Of a stretch of DNA of 64,000 nt, positions 44,628 to 57,386 are shown one piece after another. The notes beneath the pieces were generated by a model, which did no database searches, was not told the DNA's origin, and saw only the letters and a program-made list of their open reading frames with translations. A program made the position numbers and the translations under genes. This DNA is from a bacterium. GTDB lineage: Bacteria > Vulcanimicrobiota > Vulcanimicrobiia > Vulcanimicrobiales > SCRA01. The stretch covers positions 14,262 through 78,261 of the forward strand of contig SCRA01000044.1 in NCBI GenBank assembly GCA_004297985.1, in the 5' to 3' direction. How positions within the stretch are numbered: position 1 is the stretch's first letter; each line of letters opens with the position of its first letter.

Positions 44628-45647
44628 CTAGTCGGGGAGCTCCGCGGGTACCACGGTGGTCGCGAGGCGCCCGCCGGCGCGCAGCAGCTCCAGCTCGAGG
44701 CCGGCTTCGGGCACGAACACGCCGAGTACGCGCTGGAGATCGTCGGGCGTCCGGATGCGCTGCTCGTCGAGGCGCACGATCACGTCGCCGGGGCGCAATC
44801 CGGCACGCTGCGCCGGCGTGTCGGCGTGCACCTCCGTGATCTGCACGCCTCGGGTATCGTCCAAGGAGTGGCGCGAGGCCAACACCGGAGCAATATGCAC
44901 GCTCTGCGCCGAAACGCCGAGGTACGCGCGCCGCACGCGCCCCTCGCGCATCAAGTACCCAGCCACCCACGTCACCGTGTTGATGGGAATGGCGAAACAG
45001 ATGCCCTGCGAGCCCGCGATGATCGCCGTGTTGATGCCCACCACGCGCCCGCGCCCGTCTAGTAACGGTCCGCCGGAGTTGCCGGGGTTGAGCGCGGCAT
45101 CGGTCTGGATAACATTTTCGATGAGCCGTCCCGTCTGCGCGCGCAGCGTACGCCCAAGCGCGCTCACCACGCCTGCCGTCACCGAAGCTTGAAAACCGAG
45201 CGGGTTGCCGATGGCGACCACCAACTCGCCCACGCGCAACTCCGACGAGTCCCCGAGCGTGGCGCTGGCCAGCGCATCTCCAGCGACACGGATCACCGCG
45301 GTATCGCTGTGCGCATCCTCTCCGACGCGCTGCGCGGGCAGGGTTCTCCCGTCGTTGAGCACGACTTCCAGCTCGCCGCCGTGGCGGACAACGTGGCTGT
45401 TCGTCAGGACGAAGCCGTCGGGCGCGAAGACGACGCCGCTGCCGGCGCCGCCGCGCCGCGTGTGAACGCCGACCACCGCGGGGCCCAGCCGCTCGACGAC
45501 GTTGACGACGGTTCGCGAGTAGGCGTCGAGCGGGTCGGGCTCGCGGTGGTCGATGAGGTTCACAGGGGCATCCATCCGTGCATCATGGAACACGTGCGGG
45601 GAGGCACCGGTTGCCATGGGCACTGGTCTCGAGCAGAGCGCAAGCAC
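44628..45647 (-). CDS. HtrA/DegP-family trypsin-like serine protease with PDZ domain
   Basis: LTNSHVV (His), DTAVIRV (Asp) and GNSGGPLLD (Ser) triad motifs, with a C-terminal PDZ (GLRPGDVIVRLD). The exact start is uncertain. Confidence 0.85.
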   Translation of the reverse strand: MLALCSRPVPMATGASPHVFHDARMDAPVNLIDHREPDPLDAYSRTVVNVVERLGPAVVGVHTRRGGAGSGVVFAPDGFVLTNSHVVRHGGELEVVLNDGRTLPAQRVGEDAHSDTAVIRVAGDALASATLGDSSELRVGELVVAIGNPLGFQASVTAGVVSALGRTLRAQTGRLIENVIQTDAALNPGNSGGPLLDGRGRVVGINTAIIAGSQGICFAIPINTVTWVAGYLMREGRVRRAYLGVSAQSVHIAPVLASRHSLDDTRGVQITEVHADTPAQRAGLRPGDVIVRLDEQRIRTPDDLQRVLGVFVPEAGLELELLRAGGRLATTVVPAELPD

Positions 45648-45686
45648 GGGCTTGATCGATCCGCCGCTGGATGAGGAGTATCATTG

Positions 45687-46910
45687 ATGGATCACGTGGC
45701 CGTCTCGGGCATGGGGGTGGTCTCTCCTGTCGGCCATGATGTCGAGACGTTCTGGAGAGGCGTGATCGGCGGCGTATGCGCCGTCGCCCCCATCCCCGAT
45801 GGCGAGGGGCTCAGCGGAAACCGCCTCTGGGCCGCCGTTCCCGACGCATTTCTCGAGCACAGCCCTCTGCCGCCCACCGCCCTGCGCAATGCCGACCGCT
45901 TCACGCACTATGCGCTGGTCGCCGCCGACGAAGCCGTCCGGCAGTCGTCGGCCGAGCCACTCGACAAGTTGCGCACGGCTGTCGTGCTCGGCAACACGAT
46001 GGGCGGCTTCCCGTTCGTGGCGGCAGCCCAGACGACGTATCTCGCCGAAGGGCAGAAGAGCGTTCCCCCCAAGCTGATGGCTCTGGTCATCCCCAACATG
46101 CCGGCGGCGCGTGTCTCCCTCCACTACCACCTCCATGGCCCGCAGCTCGCCGTGAGCAACGCGTGCGCATCATCACTCGACGCCGTCGGCATCGCCGCGC
46201 GGATGATCGAGCACGGCGAAGTCGATCTCGCCATCGCGGGCGGTACGGAGGACTTGCTCTGCGACCTCGTCTACGAAAGCCTGGCGCGCGCCGGCGCCCT
46301 CTCGCACAACTCCGACCCATCTCTCGCTTCGCGGCCCTTCGACGCCGAGAGAGACGGTTTCGTCATGGGCAACGGCGCCGCCGTGCTCGTGCTCGAGCGC
46401 GTTGAGCACGCCCTGGCACGCGGCGCGCGCGTGCTGGCCCGCGTTCGCGGCTACGGCCAGGTCGCGGATGCCCACCACATCACCTCGCCTGAGCCAAGCG
46501 GTGAGTGGGAGGCGCTGGCGATGCGCCGCGCGCTCGACGACGCGGCACTGGCGCCAAGCGAAGCGCCCGCGGCCGTCTTCGCCCACGGCACCGCCACCGT
46601 CGTGGGCGATGCCGCGGAGCTGAGGGCGATCAACCGCATCTACGGCCGGGCCGCGAACGTGCCGCCAGTCACGTCGCTCAAAGGCCACATGGGGCACAGC
46701 ATGGCCGCTTCGGGCGCCATGTCGCTCATCGCGGGTATCGTGGGGATGGAGCGCGGCCTCCTCAGCCAGACCCTCGGTACGCGGCACGTCGACCCCGCCG
46801 CCGAGTTCGAAGTCGTCACGCAGCGTCCGCGCCCGCTGATCTTCTCCTCGTTCCAAGTCAATGCGTTCGGTTTTGGCGGGCAAAACTCGTCGCTCGTCGT
46901 TACGCGTTGA
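45687..46910 (+). CDS. Beta-ketoacyl-ACP synthase II-like condensing enzyme
   Basis: VAVSGMGVVSPVG, active-site NACASS, HGTATVVGD and KGHMGHSMAASG motifs (Cys-His-His triad). Confidence 0.85.
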   Translation: MDHVAVSGMGVVSPVGHDVETFWRGVIGGVCAVAPIPDGEGLSGNRLWAAVPDAFLEHSPLPPTALRNADRFTHYALVAADEAVRQSSAEPLDKLRTAVVLGNTMGGFPFVAAAQTTYLAEGQKSVPPKLMALVIPNMPAARVSLHYHLHGPQLAVSNACASSLDAVGIAARMIEHGEVDLAIAGGTEDLLCDLVYESLARAGALSHNSDPSLASRPFDAERDGFVMGNGAAVLVLERVEHALARGARVLARVRGYGQVADAHHITSPEPSGEWEALAMRRALDDAALAPSEAPAAVFAHGTATVVGDAAELRAINRIYGRAANVPPVTSLKGHMGHSMAASGAMSLIAGIVGMERGLLSQTLGTRHVDPAAEFEVVTQRPRPLIFSSFQVNAFGFGGQNSSLVVTR

Positions 46911-47990
46911 ATGTCCGCGCCGTTTGAGGCCGTCCTTCGCCCAGGGCGCATCGGAACGCTGGCCGTTCCCAACCGGATCGTGATGGGCTCGATGCACCTG
47001 GGCATCGAGTCGCGTGACGACGGCGGCGAGGCTCTAGCCGCCTTCTACGCCGAGCGCGTGCGCGCCGGCGCGGGGTTGATCGTCACCGGCGGCTCGGCTG
47101 TCAATCGCGTCGGCGCCGCGGGGCGCAACTGCAGTTTCATCAACGACGAGAGCGATGCGCCCCGGCTGCGTCGCGTGGTCGAAGCGGTGCACGTGGCCGG
47201 CGGGCGCATCGCTCTCCAACTCTTCCACGCCGGGCGCTATGCGCTGCGCGAGGCCTTCGGCCTTCAGCCGCTGGCGCCGTCGGCAGTGGCGAGCACGCTC
47301 ACGCGCGATCAGCCGCGCGCGATGACCGAGGCGGATATCTGGGAGACGATCGCCCTGTTCGCCCGCGGTGCCTTTCGCGCGCTGCAGTTCGGCTTCGACG
47401 GCATCGAGGTGATGGCGTCCGAAGGCTACCTCGTCAATCAGTTCCTCTCGCCGCTGACCAATCTCCGCGACGACGACTGGGGCGGGGACGCGCTGCGGCG
47501 CAGGCGCTTCGGCCTTGAGATTCTGCGCGCCGTCCGGCGCATGCTCGGACCGGACCTCCCGGTGATCTTCCGCATCCCAGGCGCCGATCTCATGGAGGGC
47601 GGGACTCCGCACGACGATGTGCTCGCGTTCGCGCGCGCCCTCGCCCACGAAAGCGTCGACGCGATCAACGTGGGCATCGGCTGGCACGAATCGAACATTC
47701 CCACCGTGCAGGCGCTGGTACCGGCGGGCGTCTGGGTACGTTATGCCGCCGACGTGAAGAGAGCCGTCGGCACGCTTCCCGTCATCGCAAGCCACCGCAT
47801 CAATACACTGGCCATGGCCGACGAAGTCTTGGCCGAGGGAAGCGTCGACTTCATATCGATGTAGCAATCATCGGCGCGGGGGGCATCGGCGTCGACGTCG
47901 CCCATCTGCTCAGTCACGGCGACTCACCCGTCGATCCCACCACGCGCTTCCTGCGCGAACAGGGGACGGCCGGGGCCGTCCTCCTTGTCG
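46911..47990 (+). pseudogene. Decayed 2,4-dienoyl-CoA reductase (FadH)-like gene: OYE-type TIM-barrel part plus out-of-frame Rossmann remnant
   Basis: 46911-47864 encodes an OYE/NADH:flavin oxidoreductase barrel that stops at ...SVDFISM*. In another frame from 47858 the DNA reads DVAIIGAGGIGVDVAHLLS, a GxGxxG fragment, before running antisense into acnA. Confidence 0.6.
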
Positions 47991-48015
47991 CTTCAGCGAG
48001 CCTCGAGTTCGCGCT

Positions 48016-50748
<2,733 letters not shown>

Positions 50749-50930
50749 GGGCTCCTCCCCTTCGTCACGAGGACCCTTCGCCACGCGCCGCGCGCCTCCC
50801 GGGGCTATCGCCGCCAGCGAAATCGGTATCCGCTCCCATCGCTACGGCGGCCTCCCCGGATCGAGGTTACAGAGGCGCCTTACCGCGGGTATAACTAGGC
50901 TCCGCGCGTTGCGACGCAAAGGAGGCGCCC

Positions 50931-52184
50931 GTGAGCATCACCATCCTTCCCACCTACGGACGCGAGGCCTTTCTCGATTGGTACGCGGAGAACAGGCGAC
51001 GCAGCGAGAGTATCTTCGATCTCGTGGCACCGGAGGCGCATCTCTCACAGCCGATCCCGTTGCGCCATCCCATCGTCTTCTACGAAGGCCACCTGCCGGC
51101 GTTCAGTTACATCACACTGGCGCGTAAGGCGCTTGGCGGCCCGCCGGCCGATGCCGATCTCGAGCGCCTCTTCCAGCGCGGCATCGATCCCGTCGATAGC
51201 ACGGGGGCACAGCGCTCCCAGCCGCCGGTGTGGCCCTCGCGCGAGCGCATTCGCACCCTGGCCGCGCGCTGGGATGCCGCCGTCATCGATGCTCTAGCGA
51301 CCGCTCCTCTGGAGGCGATCGCCCAGGCGGCGCACACGATCCTAGAACACGAGCAGATGCACCACGAGACGCTGCTGTACATCCTCCATCGCCTACCGGT
51401 CGACCAACTGCGCCGTCCCGCAGAATACGAGCCGCGCCTCGAAGGCCCGCGCCCCAAGCAGCATCGCGTCAAGATCCCCGCGGGCCGCGCAACGTTAGGC
51501 GCCGAGCGCGATGGGGTCGAGTTCGGCTGGGACAACGAGTTCGAAGCCTGCCGCGTCAAGGTTCCCGCCTTCGCGGTCGACGCCCACAGCGTGACCAACG
51601 GCGACTACATCCGCGCGGTGGAAGCGGGAGCGCAGACCCCGCCGTTCTGGGTGCGCCGCGGCGACGAGTGGATGCTGCGTACACTCTTCGAGGAGATTCC
51701 GCTTCCGCTCTCGTGGCCGGTCTACGTGACGCGTGATCAAGCGATCTCCTATGCAGCGCGCAGCGGCGGCCGCCTGTTGCGCGAGGCCGAGTACCATCGC
51801 GCCGCATACGGCACCGCCGACGGTACGGAGCGCCTCTTCCCGTGGGGTGCGCAGACCCCCGACGCAACGCACGGCACCTTCGACTTCGAGCGCTACGATC
51901 CGGCGCCCGCGGGCGCGCACCCGGCCGGGGAGAGCGCCTTCGTCATCCACGACTTGGTCGGCAACGGCTGGGAGTGGACTGCCACGGCCTTCGAACCGCT
52001 GCCCGGCTTCTCGCCGCTGCCGACCTATCCGCAATACTCCGCCGACTTCTTCGACGGAGCGCACTACGTGGTGAAGGGAGCCTCGCCGGTGACGGCGCGT
52101 AGCCTCATCCGCCGCAGCTTCCGTAACTGGTACCGCACCAACTATCCGTACGTCTACGCGAAGTTTCGCTGCGCCTACGACTGA
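50931..52184 (+). CDS. EgtB-like DinB_2 + FGE-sulfatase (SUMF1) domain non-haem iron enzyme
   Basis: GTG start with an AAAGGAGG RBS. N-terminal DinB-like PLRHPIVFYEGHLPAF...HEQMHHETL. C-terminal FGE-like GNGWEWT...RSFRNWYRTNYPYVYAKFRCA. Confidence 0.78.
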   Translation: MSITILPTYGREAFLDWYAENRRRSESIFDLVAPEAHLSQPIPLRHPIVFYEGHLPAFSYITLARKALGGPPADADLERLFQRGIDPVDSTGAQRSQPPVWPSRERIRTLAARWDAAVIDALATAPLEAIAQAAHTILEHEQMHHETLLYILHRLPVDQLRRPAEYEPRLEGPRPKQHRVKIPAGRATLGAERDGVEFGWDNEFEACRVKVPAFAVDAHSVTNGDYIRAVEAGAQTPPFWVRRGDEWMLRTLFEEIPLPLSWPVYVTRDQAISYAARSGGRLLREAEYHRAAYGTADGTERLFPWGAQTPDATHGTFDFERYDPAPAGAHPAGESAFVIHDLVGNGWEWTATAFEPLPGFSPLPTYPQYSADFFDGAHYVVKGASPVTARSLIRRSFRNWYRTNYPYVYAKFRCAYD

Positions 52185-52199
52185 GCGGCCGGCGCCGAG

Positions 52200-52637
52200 C
52201 TAGAGGGAGAAGCGAAGTCCCAGAAAGGCGGACGAGCCGACATCGCTGCCGCCGCCGTAGACGCGCAGCTCGAGCGAGGTCAACGGTGCGACCCGCGTTC
52301 CGAGGATGCCCACGAGCACGGTCCCGGAGCGTCCATCCCGCTCGAGCTGGCCGACGCCGAGTCCGCCGCCGAGGTAGCCGGCGCTCCCGTGGCCCACGAG
52401 CTCCGCCGTGGCGGCGAAGCGGCCGCCGCTATTCGAAAGCGGCGCGCCGAGCGAGAGTTGGAGCTGCGCAGGGAGCGCCGGCGCCGAGAGCGAGTCGCTC
52501 AAGATCCCGCCGATATCCGTCGAGTCACCGGTGAAGACACCTCCCGCGATCGACGGACCCGCGAATGCCGGAGCCGTAAGGGCACATGCCCCCGCTAGAG
52601 CGAGCGCAGGAATGAGTCTGCGAATGTTCATGTTCAT
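52200..52637 (-). CDS. Small secreted Gly-rich protein, possible outer-membrane beta-barrel
   Basis: From MNMNIRRLIPALALAGACALTAPAFA (signal peptide). Alternating Gly/hydrophobic strands ending LGLRFSL. Confidence 0.45.
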   Translation of the reverse strand: MNMNIRRLIPALALAGACALTAPAFAGPSIAGGVFTGDSTDIGGILSDSLSAPALPAQLQLSLGAPLSNSGGRFAATAELVGHGSAGYLGGGLGVGQLERDGRSGTVLVGILGTRVAPLTSLELRVYGGGSDVGSSAFLGLRFSL

Positions 52638-52715
52638 CGTTCTGCCCTTGCGCGCGGCTCCCCACAACCCCTCGCTCCAGGGAGTGTGCGTGCTCACGCG
52701 CAACCTAAGGATTCC

Positions 52716-53690
52716 ATGAAGGTCTCCCTTACCGGCATCAAACCGAGCGGTACCGTCCACATCGGAAACTACTTGGGTGCCATCGTCCCGGCCATCGAGA
52801 TGACACAACGCTACGAGCGCTCACTCTATTTCATCGCCGACGAGCACGCACTGACCACCGTCGAGGACCCCGCCAAGCTGCACGCGCAGATCTTCGATCT
52901 CGCGGCGACGTGGCTGGCCTGCGGCCTCGACCCGCGGCGCACCCTCTTCTATCGCCAATCCTCGATCCCCGAAGTCTTCGAGCTCGCCTGGATCCTAGGC
53001 TGCATCGCACCAAAGGGTTTACTGGACCGCGCCCATGCCTACAAGGCCGCCGTCGCCGCGGGGGAGCCGATCAACGTCGGCATCTACACGTACCCGGTAC
53101 TGATGGCCGCCGACATCATCCTCTTCGATACGACCGTCGTTCCGGTGGGAAGAGATCAGAAACAACACGTAGAGATCGCGCGCGACCTCGCAGAGAAGTT
53201 CAATCGCCTCTACGGCCGGGTGCTCGTTCCGCCCGAGCCGGAAATCAATGAGGAGGTGATGACGATTCCTGGACTCGATGGCAGGAAGATGTCGAAATCC
53301 TATGACAACGTCATCCCGCTCTGGGCGCAGCCCGCGGAGCGCCGCAAACTGGTCATGCGCATCAAGACCAACTCTCAGCCTCCCGAAGAACCAAAGGATC
53401 CGGAGGGCAGTGAGATCTTTCAGCTCTACCGCCTCTTCGCATCACCCGAACAAGCGGCAGCGATGAGCTGCCGCTATGCCGCCGGCATCGGATGGGCCGA
53501 CGCCAAGGTCGCGCTGGCCGAAGTCATGGAGGAACGCCTTGCCCCCCTGCGCGCCCGATACGAAGCGCTGCGCGCCGACGAAACGGCGCTCGAACGGACT
53601 CTAGCGGAGGGCGCGGGCCGCGCGCGCACGATCGCGTGCGCAACGATGGCGCGCGTGCGGGCGGCCGTCGGCATCGCCTCGCCGGCCTAG
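52716..53690 (+). CDS. trpS: Tryptophan--tRNA ligase
   Basis: [16 protein letters not shown] (HIGH) and KMSKS present. Start at the ATG at 52716. Confidence 0.92.
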   Translation: MKVSLTGIKPSGTVHIGNYLGAIVPAIEMTQRYERSLYFIADEHALTTVEDPAKLHAQIFDLAATWLACGLDPRRTLFYRQSSIPEVFELAWILGCIAPKGLLDRAHAYKAAVAAGEPINVGIYTYPVLMAADIILFDTTVVPVGRDQKQHVEIARDLAEKFNRLYGRVLVPPEPEINEEVMTIPGLDGRKMSKSYDNVIPLWAQPAERRKLVMRIKTNSQPPEEPKDPEGSEIFQLYRLFASPEQAAAMSCRYAAGIGWADAKVALAEVMEERLAPLRARYEALRADETALERTLAEGAGRARTIACATMARVRAAVGIASPA

Positions 53691-53739
53691 CCACGTAGCA
53701 GGCGGGTCCTTTTCCGGCCTCGTGGTATACTACCGGTCG

Positions 53740-55542
53740 ATGTCCACCACCACCGCGCGCATCCGCAACTTCTGCATCATCGCCCATATCGACCATGGGA
53801 AGACGACGCTCAGCGACCGTCTGATGGAGCTCACCCAAACGCTTTCCAAGCGCGAGATGACCGAGCAGACTCTGGACGCGATGGACTTGGAGCGCGAGCG
53901 CGGCATCACGATCAAAGCTCATCCGGTCACGCTGACCTACACGGCGCGCGACGGAAAGACCTACGAGCTCAACCTGATCGACACCCCGGGTCACGTCGAT
54001 TTCTCCGACGAGGTAAGCAGGAGCCTGGCCGCCTGCGAAGGCGCCTTGCTCGTCATCGATGCCAGCCAAGGCGTGGAGGCTCAGACCCTCGCCAACTATC
54101 ATCTGGCGACGGACCACAATCTCCAGATCATTCCCGTCATCAACAAGATCGATCTTCCAAGCGCCGATCCGGAACGCGTCAAGGAGCAGATCGAGGAGCT
54201 GCTGGTCATCGAGCGCGACGAGGCCATCCTCTGCAGCGCCAAGGAAGGGATTGGAATCGAGGATATCCTCGAGGCGATCGTTCAGCGCATCCCTGCCCCC
54301 AAGGGGGCGCGCGATCATCTGCGGGGCCTGGTTTTCGACGCGCAGTTCGACACCTATCGCGGCGTCATCTGCTACGCTCGCATCGTCGACGGCACGCTCA
54401 AGCCCGGGATGAAGTTCATGTCGATGGCCCACCAACGGCACTACGACTGCACCGAAGTGGGCGTCTTCAAGCCGCACATGGTCAAGGCGGAGCAGCTCTC
54501 CGTCGGCGAAGTGGGTTACGTCATCGGCAACATCAAGACGCTCGGCGACATCGACGTCGGTGACACGATCACATCGGTCGAGAATCCGGCGGGCCACCCG
54601 CTGCGGGGTTACCGCCCCGTCACACCGATGGTCTACTGCGGCCTCTATCCCAACGAGGGCGCGGAGTACAGCGAGCTTCGCGACGCGCTCGAGAAGCTCA
54701 AACTGAACGACGCCTCGCTGGTCTACGAGCCGGAGACGTCGGTCGCCTTGGGCTTCGGCTTCCGCTGCGGCTTCCTCGGCCTCTTGCACATGGAGATCGT
54801 GCAAGAGCGTCTCGAGCGCAACTACGACCTCGAGCTGATCGCCACCAGCCCTTCGGTGGTCTATCGCGTCACCAAGACCGACGACAGCGTCGAGATGGTG
54901 GACAATCCGGCGAAGCTTCCTCCCAAGACGCTGATCCGCGAGATCGAGGAGCCGTACGTCAAGGCGACGATCATCACGCCGAACGAGTACGTGGGCACGA
55001 TCATGGAGTTGGCGCTCAACCGCCGCGGTACGATGGTGGGTATGGAGTATCTGCCGGACACGCGCGTGATCCTCACCTACGACGTCCCGCTGGCCGAAGT
55101 CATCGTCGACTTCTTCGACCAATTGAAGAGCCGCACCAAGGGCTACGCCAGCCTCGACTACGAGGTGACGGGCTACAAGCCCGGCAAGCTCGAGAAACTC
55201 GAGATCCTGCTCAACGGCGAGCCCGTAGATGCGCTGAGCTTCATCGTGGCCCAAGAGAAAGCCGCCACTTGGGGGCGCGCACTCGCCGGAAAACTCAAGG
55301 AAGTCATCCCGCGGCAGATGTTCGACGTCCCCATCCAGGCGGCCATCGGCGGAAAGATCGTCGCACGCGAAACGGTCAGCGCGATGCGCAAGAACGTGCT
55401 GGCGAAGTGTTACGGCGGCGACATCACCCGCAAGCGAAAGCTGTTGGAGAAACAGAAGGCCGGCAAGCAGCGCATGAAGCGCGTGGGACGCGTGGAGCTT
55501 CCGCAGGAAGCCTTCATGGCCGTGCTCCGCCTGGAGGAGTAG
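53740..55542 (+). CDS. lepA: Translation elongation factor 4
   Basis: [24 protein letters not shown] and NKIDL GTPase motifs, plus the LepA-specific C-terminus ...[25 protein letters not shown]. Confidence 0.93.
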   Translation: MSTTTARIRNFCIIAHIDHGKTTLSDRLMELTQTLSKREMTEQTLDAMDLERERGITIKAHPVTLTYTARDGKTYELNLIDTPGHVDFSDEVSRSLAACEGALLVIDASQGVEAQTLANYHLATDHNLQIIPVINKIDLPSADPERVKEQIEELLVIERDEAILCSAKEGIGIEDILEAIVQRIPAPKGARDHLRGLVFDAQFDTYRGVICYARIVDGTLKPGMKFMSMAHQRHYDCTEVGVFKPHMVKAEQLSVGEVGYVIGNIKTLGDIDVGDTITSVENPAGHPLRGYRPVTPMVYCGLYPNEGAEYSELRDALEKLKLNDASLVYEPETSVALGFGFRCGFLGLLHMEIVQERLERNYDLELIATSPSVVYRVTKTDDSVEMVDNPAKLPPKTLIREIEEPYVKATIITPNEYVGTIMELALNRRGTMVGMEYLPDTRVILTYDVPLAEVIVDFFDQLKSRTKGYASLDYEVTGYKPGKLEKLEILLNGEPVDALSFIVAQEKAATWGRALAGKLKEVIPRQMFDVPIQAAIGGKIVARETVSAMRKNVLAKCYGGDITRKRKLLEKQKAGKQRMKRVGRVELPQEAFMAVLRLEE

Positions 55543-55623
55543 TTCGCGGGACCCCCGTGGGATCTGCCCGCATGAATGGCGGCGTATCTCGCTCGGATGA
55601 CCACCGAGAGAGGAGACGTAACC

Positions 55624-55842
55624 ATGTTGACCAGTCGCAACACACTCGCGGGAATCGGATATCTGTTGGCCCTTGCCTTCGGCATGCTCGCCAGCGGGCC
55701 CGCGCTCGCGCAACCGTACCACCAGCAAGCCAACGGCCCGTGCGCCGCCAAGGCGACGCACGCGATGAGCACCCAGGAGCCCGCTCCGGCGGCGACGGAT
55801 CCCGCGCCGATCCCCTGGGATCTGTTCAGGGGCGGACCGTAA
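55624..55842 (+). CDS. Small secreted hypothetical protein
   Basis: MLTSRNTLAGIGYLLALAFGMLASGPALAQP is signal-like. Otherwise featureless. Confidence 0.3.
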   Translation: MLTSRNTLAGIGYLLALAFGMLASGPALAQPYHQQANGPCAAKATHAMSTQEPAPAATDPAPIPWDLFRGGP

Positions 55843-55889
55843 CGGCCGTACGCGGGAGGGGGCCGCGCGGGCGGCAAAGTGCTGTGGCT

Positions 55890-56195
55890 ATGGCTGAGCA
55901 CGATGCGCTCGAAAAGGCCCTCGGCGCGATACTCGAGGGCATCGATCCCCTCCCGCGGCCCATCCGGCCCATGTTGCCCAAGCCCGCGAAACACACGAAG
56001 CGCAAGAAGGGAGCGCCCGACCTCCATGCCGATCCCGAGGCGTGGGATCGTTACCGCACCTGCGAGCGCAAAAAGGCCTACCCCACGGAGACGGCGGCAC
56101 GCCTCGACGCGCTGCGCCAGCGGCGCCAACTCTACGTCTACCGTTGCCGCTTCTGTGAAAAGTTCCACTTGACCAGCCAAGGCGGCAGCCGCTAG
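55890..56195 (+). CDS. Small basic hypothetical protein with C-terminal CxxC...H zinc-ribbon-like end
   Basis: 101 aa from the ATG at 55890. The C-terminus reads TCERKKAYPTE...YVYRCRFCEKFHLTS. Confidence 0.4.
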   Translation: MAEHDALEKALGAILEGIDPLPRPIRPMLPKPAKHTKRKKGAPDLHADPEAWDRYRTCERKKAYPTETAARLDALRQRRQLYVYRCRFCEKFHLTSQGGSR

Positions 56196-57352
56196 CCGAA
56201 GGCGCGCCGCACCCGCTCTCCTAACAGCACCAGCCGTTCCACTGGCTCGTTGCTGAAGACCAGGCGTACGTAGCGATCGCCGTTGACCACGCCCCAGCCG
56301 GTCATCGGCGAGACAGCGACCTTACCGCGCTCGAGTAGTTGGCGCGCCATCGTGGCCGCGTCCATGCCCAGCGGCGCGGCATCGATCAACAGCGACCACC
56401 CGCCGGCGGGGCGGATGGCGGTATAGCCCTCCAGTTGTGCGAGCACGACGTTGCGGCGCCGCTCCCACTCACCCAGCGCCTCAGCGTACTCGTCCGGCGG
56501 CGCATCCAAGGCGGCGAGGGCGGCGCTCTGCGAGATGCCCACGGGAGTCACCACGTTGGCCATGCGCACCGCCTCTATCGCGCGCACCAGCGAGGGCGGC
56601 GAGGCGATCCAGCCGACGCGCCAGCCGATCATGCGCTGCTCCTTGGAGACCGAGCCCACGACGATGGTGCGCTCGGCCATGCCCGGCAGCGAAGCGGGGT
56701 GCACGAGCGAACGCCCATCGAAGAGAATGCGCTCCATCGCGGCATCGTCGATGAGCCACAGGTTGTGCTCGCGGCAGAGCGCGGCGATCGCCTCCCACTC
56801 GCCTTCGTCGAAGACCGCCCCCGTGGGCATCGACGGGCTCATCATCAAGCAGGCTCTCGTCTTCAGGCCCACCGCGCCGCGCAGTGCCGCGCGGTCCAGA
56901 CGCCACTCGCCGTCACGCACGAGCAGCGGAACCTGCACGGGCAGCGCTCCAGCCAATCGTATGCGGTTGAGCAGGCCGATGTAGGTGGGATCGGTGACGA
57001 TCACTTCGTCACCGGGATCGACGGTGGCCAGCAGCGCATCGAAGACGCCCTCCAGCCCGCCTGCCGTGACGAGCACCTGATCGGCGCCATAGGCGTGGCC
57101 CGTCTGCCGGCTCAAGCGCGCCGCGACGGCGCGGCGCAGCTCGGCGCTTCCGGTGAACGGCAGGTAGCTGTTGGCGGCGTCGCTCAGCAGCGCCGTGCGC
57201 GTCGCTGCGAGCGCCCACGTCCACGGGCGCAGATCGGTATCGAGGTTCTCCAGCCGCAGGATCTCCACGTCGTCGGGGATTGCGGAGGCGACGCGGTGGA
57301 TCGTCAGCTCCTCGATGGCGCGCACGCGTTGTGCCGGAACGAGCTCTCCCAT
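56192..57352 (-). CDS. PLP-dependent aminotransferase (class I/II)
   Basis: From MGELVPAQ (ATG at 57350-57352). SVSKEQRMIGWRVGW is a PLP-lysine motif. Aminotransferase-length protein of 386 aa. Confidence 0.83.
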   Translation of the reverse strand: MGELVPAQRVRAIEELTIHRVASAIPDDVEILRLENLDTDLRPWTWALAATRTALLSDAANSYLPFTGSAELRRAVAARLSRQTGHAYGADQVLVTAGGLEGVFDALLATVDPGDEVIVTDPTYIGLLNRIRLAGALPVQVPLLVRDGEWRLDRAALRGAVGLKTRACLMMSPSMPTGAVFDEGEWEAIAALCREHNLWLIDDAAMERILFDGRSLVHPASLPGMAERTIVVGSVSKEQRMIGWRVGWIASPPSLVRAIEAVRMANVVTPVGISQSAALAALDAPPDEYAEALGEWERRRNVVLAQLEGYTAIRPAGGWSLLIDAAPLGMDAATMARQLLERGKVAVSPMTGWGVVNGDRYVRLVFSNEPVERLVLLGERVRRAFG

Positions 57353-57386
57353 GGCGCTCCCTTTGCAGGGGGAGCACGAATCCCTG

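Noticed and set aside
50908-50918. TTGCGACGCAA palindrome just upstream of the EgtB-like RBS
   Set aside because: With only 5+1+5 nt it is too short to distinguish from chance in GC-rich DNA.
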